Positions 57,906 to 64,000 of a stretch of 64,000 bases of DNA are shown here, one piece after another. Every line of letters begins with the position of its first letter. The stretch's first letter is position 1. The notes under the pieces were generated by a model. It was given only the letters and a program-made list of their open reading frames with translations. It ran no database searches and had not been told where the DNA came from. The stretch lies in the NCBI RefSeq assembly GCF_009914755.1, contig NC_060941.1; one strand, given 5' to 3'. The DNA comes from the human T2T-CHM13v2.0 reference genome, Homo sapiens. Position numbers and translations under genes: made by a program.

Positions 57906-58298
57906 TTTTTTTTTTTTTTTTGAGATAGGGTTTCTCTGTCACTCAGGCTGGAGTGCAGTAGTACAGTCACAGCTCACTGCAGCCTCAACCTCCCAAGCTC
58001 AAACAAGCCTCCTACCTCAGCGTCCTGAGCATCTGGGACCACAAGCACATGCCACCACGCCTGGCTAATTTTTTAAAAGCTTTTGCAGAGACAGGTCCTT
58101 GCCATGTTTCCCAGGCTGGTCTCTAACTCCTGTGTTCACGAGGTTTTGCTATATTGCCCAGGCTGGTCTCTTAACTCCTGTGTTCACAGGTTTTTGCTAT
58201 GTTGCCCAGGCTGTTCTCTTAACTCCTGTGTATGGGCAATCCACCCCCTCAGCCTTCCAAAGTGCTAGAATTATAGGCATGAGCCGCTGTACCCAGCC
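57906..58298 (-). mobile_element. Alu (AluJ-like) with internal ~47-bp triplication
   Basis: Antisense Alu ~95 bp longer than consensus. Confidence 0.88.
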
Positions 58299-58374
58299 AC
58301 AAATATTTTTAATATTGAGAAAAGTCAGCAACTATTTCTAATTTTAAAAACTGTTTTTAAAAGTAGGAATAGAT

Positions 58375-58675
58375 GGCCGGGCGCAGTGGCTCGTGCCTGT
58401 AATCCCAGCACTTTGGGAGGCCAAGGCAGGTGGATCACCTGAGGTCAGGAGTTGGAGACCAGCCTGGCCAACATGGCGAAACCCTGTCTCTACTAAAAGT
58501 ATAAAAATAAGCTGGGCATAGTGGTGGGCGCCTGTAATCCCAGCTACTTGTGAGGCTGAGGCAGGAGAAGCTTGAACCCAGGAGGCGGAGGTTGCAGTGA
58601 GCTGAGATTGCACCACTGCACTCCAGCCTAGGCTACAAGACTGAGACTCCATCTAAAAAAAAAAAAAAAAAAAAA
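58375..58675 (+). mobile_element. Alu (AluSx-like)
   Basis: TSD aaaagtaggaataga. Confidence 0.92.
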
Positions 58676-58869
58676 GTAGGAATAGAAAGATACTTTAATA
58701 CAAAAATGTATTATCGGGTTAAAAGCTAGCATTGTGTTTAAAGAGAAAGCAATAAAAACATTCCCATTGTATGAAACAAGACAAGGATACCCATGATCGC
58801 TACAAATGTATAACGTTGTTTTTTAAGTTCTTGATGGTGCAATTAGACAGTAAAAAGAAATGAAATGTA

Positions 58870-59169
58870 TGCTGGGCATGGTGGCTCACACCTCTTATCC
58901 AAGCACTTTGGAGGTCTGAGGTGGGCGGATCATTTGAGGTCAGGAGTTGGAGACCAGCCTGGCCAGCAGGGTGAAACCCCTTCTCTACTAAAAATACAAA
59001 AATTAGCGGGGCGTGGTGGTGGGTGCCTGTTATCCCAGCTACTTGGGAGGCTGAGGCAGGAGAATAGCTTGAACATTGAACCTGGGAGGTGGAGGTTGCA
59101 GTGAGCCGAGATTGCACCACTGCACTCCAGCCTGGGCAACAGAGTGACTGTTTCAAAAAAAAAAAAAAA
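58870..59169 (+). mobile_element. Alu (AluS-like)
   Basis: Full dimer. Confidence 0.9.
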
Positions 59170-60708
<1,539 letters not shown>

Positions 60709-60712
60709 CTGA

Positions 60713-61097
<385 letters not shown>

Positions 61098-61167
61098 TAA
61101 ATATAGTTTTTTTTAAAATAAAAGAGTTCAGTTTAAAAAATATATGTAAGAATGTTTATTGGCAGTA

Positions 61168-61470
<303 letters not shown>

Positions 61471-61735
61471 CTTGCAGTATTTTTAATAGCAAACAAAATG
61501 AAAACAACTAATGTGTTTATCAGTAGGGAATTTATTAAATTGTGATAGTCATAAGATAATATTCTATGCAGCTATTAAAAAGAATGATGTAGATTTCTTT
61601 TTCCTAATATGGAAAGATTGCTTGATACTTTATGAAGTACAAAAAGCAAGGTGTACATCAGAATGTATATTATGACTTACTTGGCAAAGTGAAAGAAATA
61701 ATAGATAAGCTTGTATATGTAAAAACATATTTCCT

Positions 61736-62032
61736 GGCCAGGTGCAGTGGCTCACGCCTGTAATCCCAGCATTTTGGGAGGCCAGTGTGGGTGGAACTGT
61801 TGAGGTCAGGAGTTCAAGACCAGCCTGGCCAACATGGTGAAACTCCATCTCTATTAAAAATACAAAAATTAGCTGGATGTAGTGGCACGCTCCTATAGTC
61901 CCAGTACTAGGGAGGCCAAGGCACTAGAATCGCTTGAACCCAGGAAGTGGTGTTTGCAGTGAGCTGAGATGGCACCACTATACTCCAGCCTGAGCGACAG
62001 AGCAAGACTCTTGTCTCCAAAAAAAAAGAAAA
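61736..62032 (+). mobile_element. Alu (AluS-like)
   Basis: Dimer; atttcctgg on both flanks. Confidence 0.9.
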
Positions 62033-62759
62033 TAATAATTTCCTGGAAGAAAATACAAAATGATGGTAACAGTTATGAGGTATGGAGCAGAATGTTTTGT
62101 TTTCCTTTGTTTCACCTTTATTTCTTTTGGTGCTCTTTTAATATTCTCCTCCATGTTTATGTGTTACTTTTGTTTTTTAAAAGGTCAACAGGGACTCTGG
62201 GAGACAAGATTTTGATTTTCTTCTTTATCTACATCTCTGAATTTATGAAAAGTAATGAAGTACTTTTAACAGTGGTACAAAAATAGTAGAAAATGTTTAA
62301 AGATTATTTTGTTCCTTATAATTCTCTTGATTCTGTTCTTTTTTGTTTAGGAATTAAATTTTTTGTGAGAGCTCCAAAATGATGAAATTTGAAAATAAGC
62401 TCTATTAAGTATACTACTAAGTAAAAAGAGCCTCTCAAGTTTTCTCCTAGACTATTTGAAGTTATTTTATCTCAGAATTTTTTTCTTCTTAATTCTGCCT
62501 CGTAAGACAGAGTACTAGGAGGTACAAAGGATAGTGATTTAATGGCACTGTTTCCCTAGCACTGAATTATTTTCACTTGAAAGAAGTTGGTCACTCTTCA
62601 GGAAAGTAATTTTAAAGTTATTTTTACCTTTGGTTAATTTGATTTCTTAAATAGCAGTTTTCTTGACAAATTTACAGTGTGATGACGATACATAACTGGT
62701 TCAGTGAGATGAAAATCCATAATTAGCTTCTGTTGAGACTGGATGTTGATTTATTACAG

Positions 62760-62851
62760 GATTATACACATGAATTCCATAAAACCAAAGCAAACTTTAT
62801 GGCAATACGGGAAAGGGAGAATCTTATGGGATCAGTACGAAAAGATATTGA
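62760..62851 (+). CDS. GOSR1: GOSR1 exon 5 (gene continues beyond the window)
   Basis: ttacag|GAT...GA|gtaagt; DYTHEFHKTKANFMAIRERENLMGSVRKDI(E). Confidence 0.96.
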
Positions 62852-64000
62852 GTAAGTTACTTTTTATATTATTTTGTAGAATATTTATTCAGATTTGGCT
62901 TTAGGATATGTTCACGGTTAATTGCAAATTGAGTGGCAGAACCGTGGTTGAGATTTTAGGGTTTCCAATTCCCATTTCACTGTCTTTTTAACATTGCTGC
63001 TACAATGTCATCCTAATCTACTTTTCCATTTTTATCTCATGCTTCCTCTTACTTTATCATTGGCTCCTGCCAACCTTGACTTTCCTGTCTTAATTCAAAG
63101 TCCAGCTTAGGTGGTTCTTCATGGTTCTCTGATCTCTTACCTCCCACCCTAAGAATTATAATGTTACTTTTATGATCCTCTGCAGATGTGTCAAAGAAAA
63201 AAAAATTCTTTAATTGTAACATTATCAGTAACTGAAGCTCCCTATGTTTCTCTTCCTGATTATCACCTATCCCCTGGCCCTCTCCCTTGTCCCAACAGTT
63301 ACATATTACAAACAGTAATATGTACAAACTCACTCATAGCCTTATGTTAAATTATTTAAGGACTCCCAACATTCTCATACTGATCTCAATCTATAATTTT
63401 AAATATTTGTTTTTTTCTTCTGTCCCTTCACCTCACCTTTAATGATCTATTCTAGCATTTCATAGCATTTTTGGAAATTTTTTTACAACTGAACACTACT
63501 GACAAAGTTAAGTCCCATGGGCGTCTCATTGAAGCTGAAGATGTTCCAATTTGGAGCCATCTAATGATACCTGTCATCATCTCATTTGTGATAAATTATG
63601 TGATACATTTTATAAACTATGATACACATTTATGGTAAACTGTATATTATGTGTACTCTCGAAAACACTTTCCTAGAGATCCTTTATTTTATTGTAACAG
63701 TAACAGTTTCAACAGTAAGATTGTTGTAATATTTTTAGTCCTTCAGGACATTTAAGTCTTTTGTTTAATTTCCATGTAGTCCATTTATATATATGTTTTG
63801 AGGAATGCATTGGGAACCCATATAGGGGATGGTCTTTAATGTATAGACACTGAGCCCCCCCATAATTTGTGGGAATCACTAGAATGCAACCCATTGTAAT
63901 AACTTGCTTTTTGAAAAATGGCCATAAAAGATATGTTCATCTATTCATTAAACTGTCTCCTGAGTATCAACTCTGAGTTAGTCACAGCAGAAGGTAGAAA

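Noticed and set aside
58093-58231. Regularly spaced repeats as a CRISPR-like array (also 45490-45537)
   Set aside because: These are tandem duplications without unique spacers, in eukaryotic repeat DNA, with no cas genes

Overview
Primate genomic DNA, almost certainly human (17q11.2; a very close great ape cannot be excluded from sequence alone). The + strand carries the 3' 15 coding exons of CPD (carboxypeptidase D; exons 7-21 counted back from the known 21-exon structure). These encode the second half of active domain II, the catalytically dead domain III, the TM segment and the cytosolic tail, with the stop at 37438-37440 and a ~4.8 kb repeat-poor 3' UTR. After ~7.5 kb of repeat-rich spacer come the CpG-island promoter and coding exons 1-5 of GOSR1 (Golgi SNARE GS28, ATG at 50064). 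All exon borders were read by hand: every intron is GT-AG and the reading frame is continuous across junctions. The rest is interspersed repeat: about 34 Alu/FLAM/FRAM copies, three young 5'-truncated antisense L1PA insertions, old L1M fragments, a complete THE1A MaLR provirus, solo MER9, MER34-like and MLT1 LTRs, MER58A, MIR and L2. There are no prokaryotic features (no CRISPR, rRNA or tRNA). Most entries in the ORF track are repeat artefacts. I cannot support a new biological system from this sequence. The best leads are: (i) a short, weak-donor CPD intron whose retention encodes an in-frame poly-Leu TM-like anchor; (ii) possible intronic polyadenylation in a MER9 LTR giving a TM-less CPD; (iii) a strong-Kozak in-frame uORF just upstream of GOSR1; (iv) an orphan GC-rich retroposed fragment; (v) an L1PA2 with a near-intact RT ORF, no TSD and a bipartite tail. 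Repeat subfamily names come from recalled consensus sequences and need RepeatMasker confirmation.
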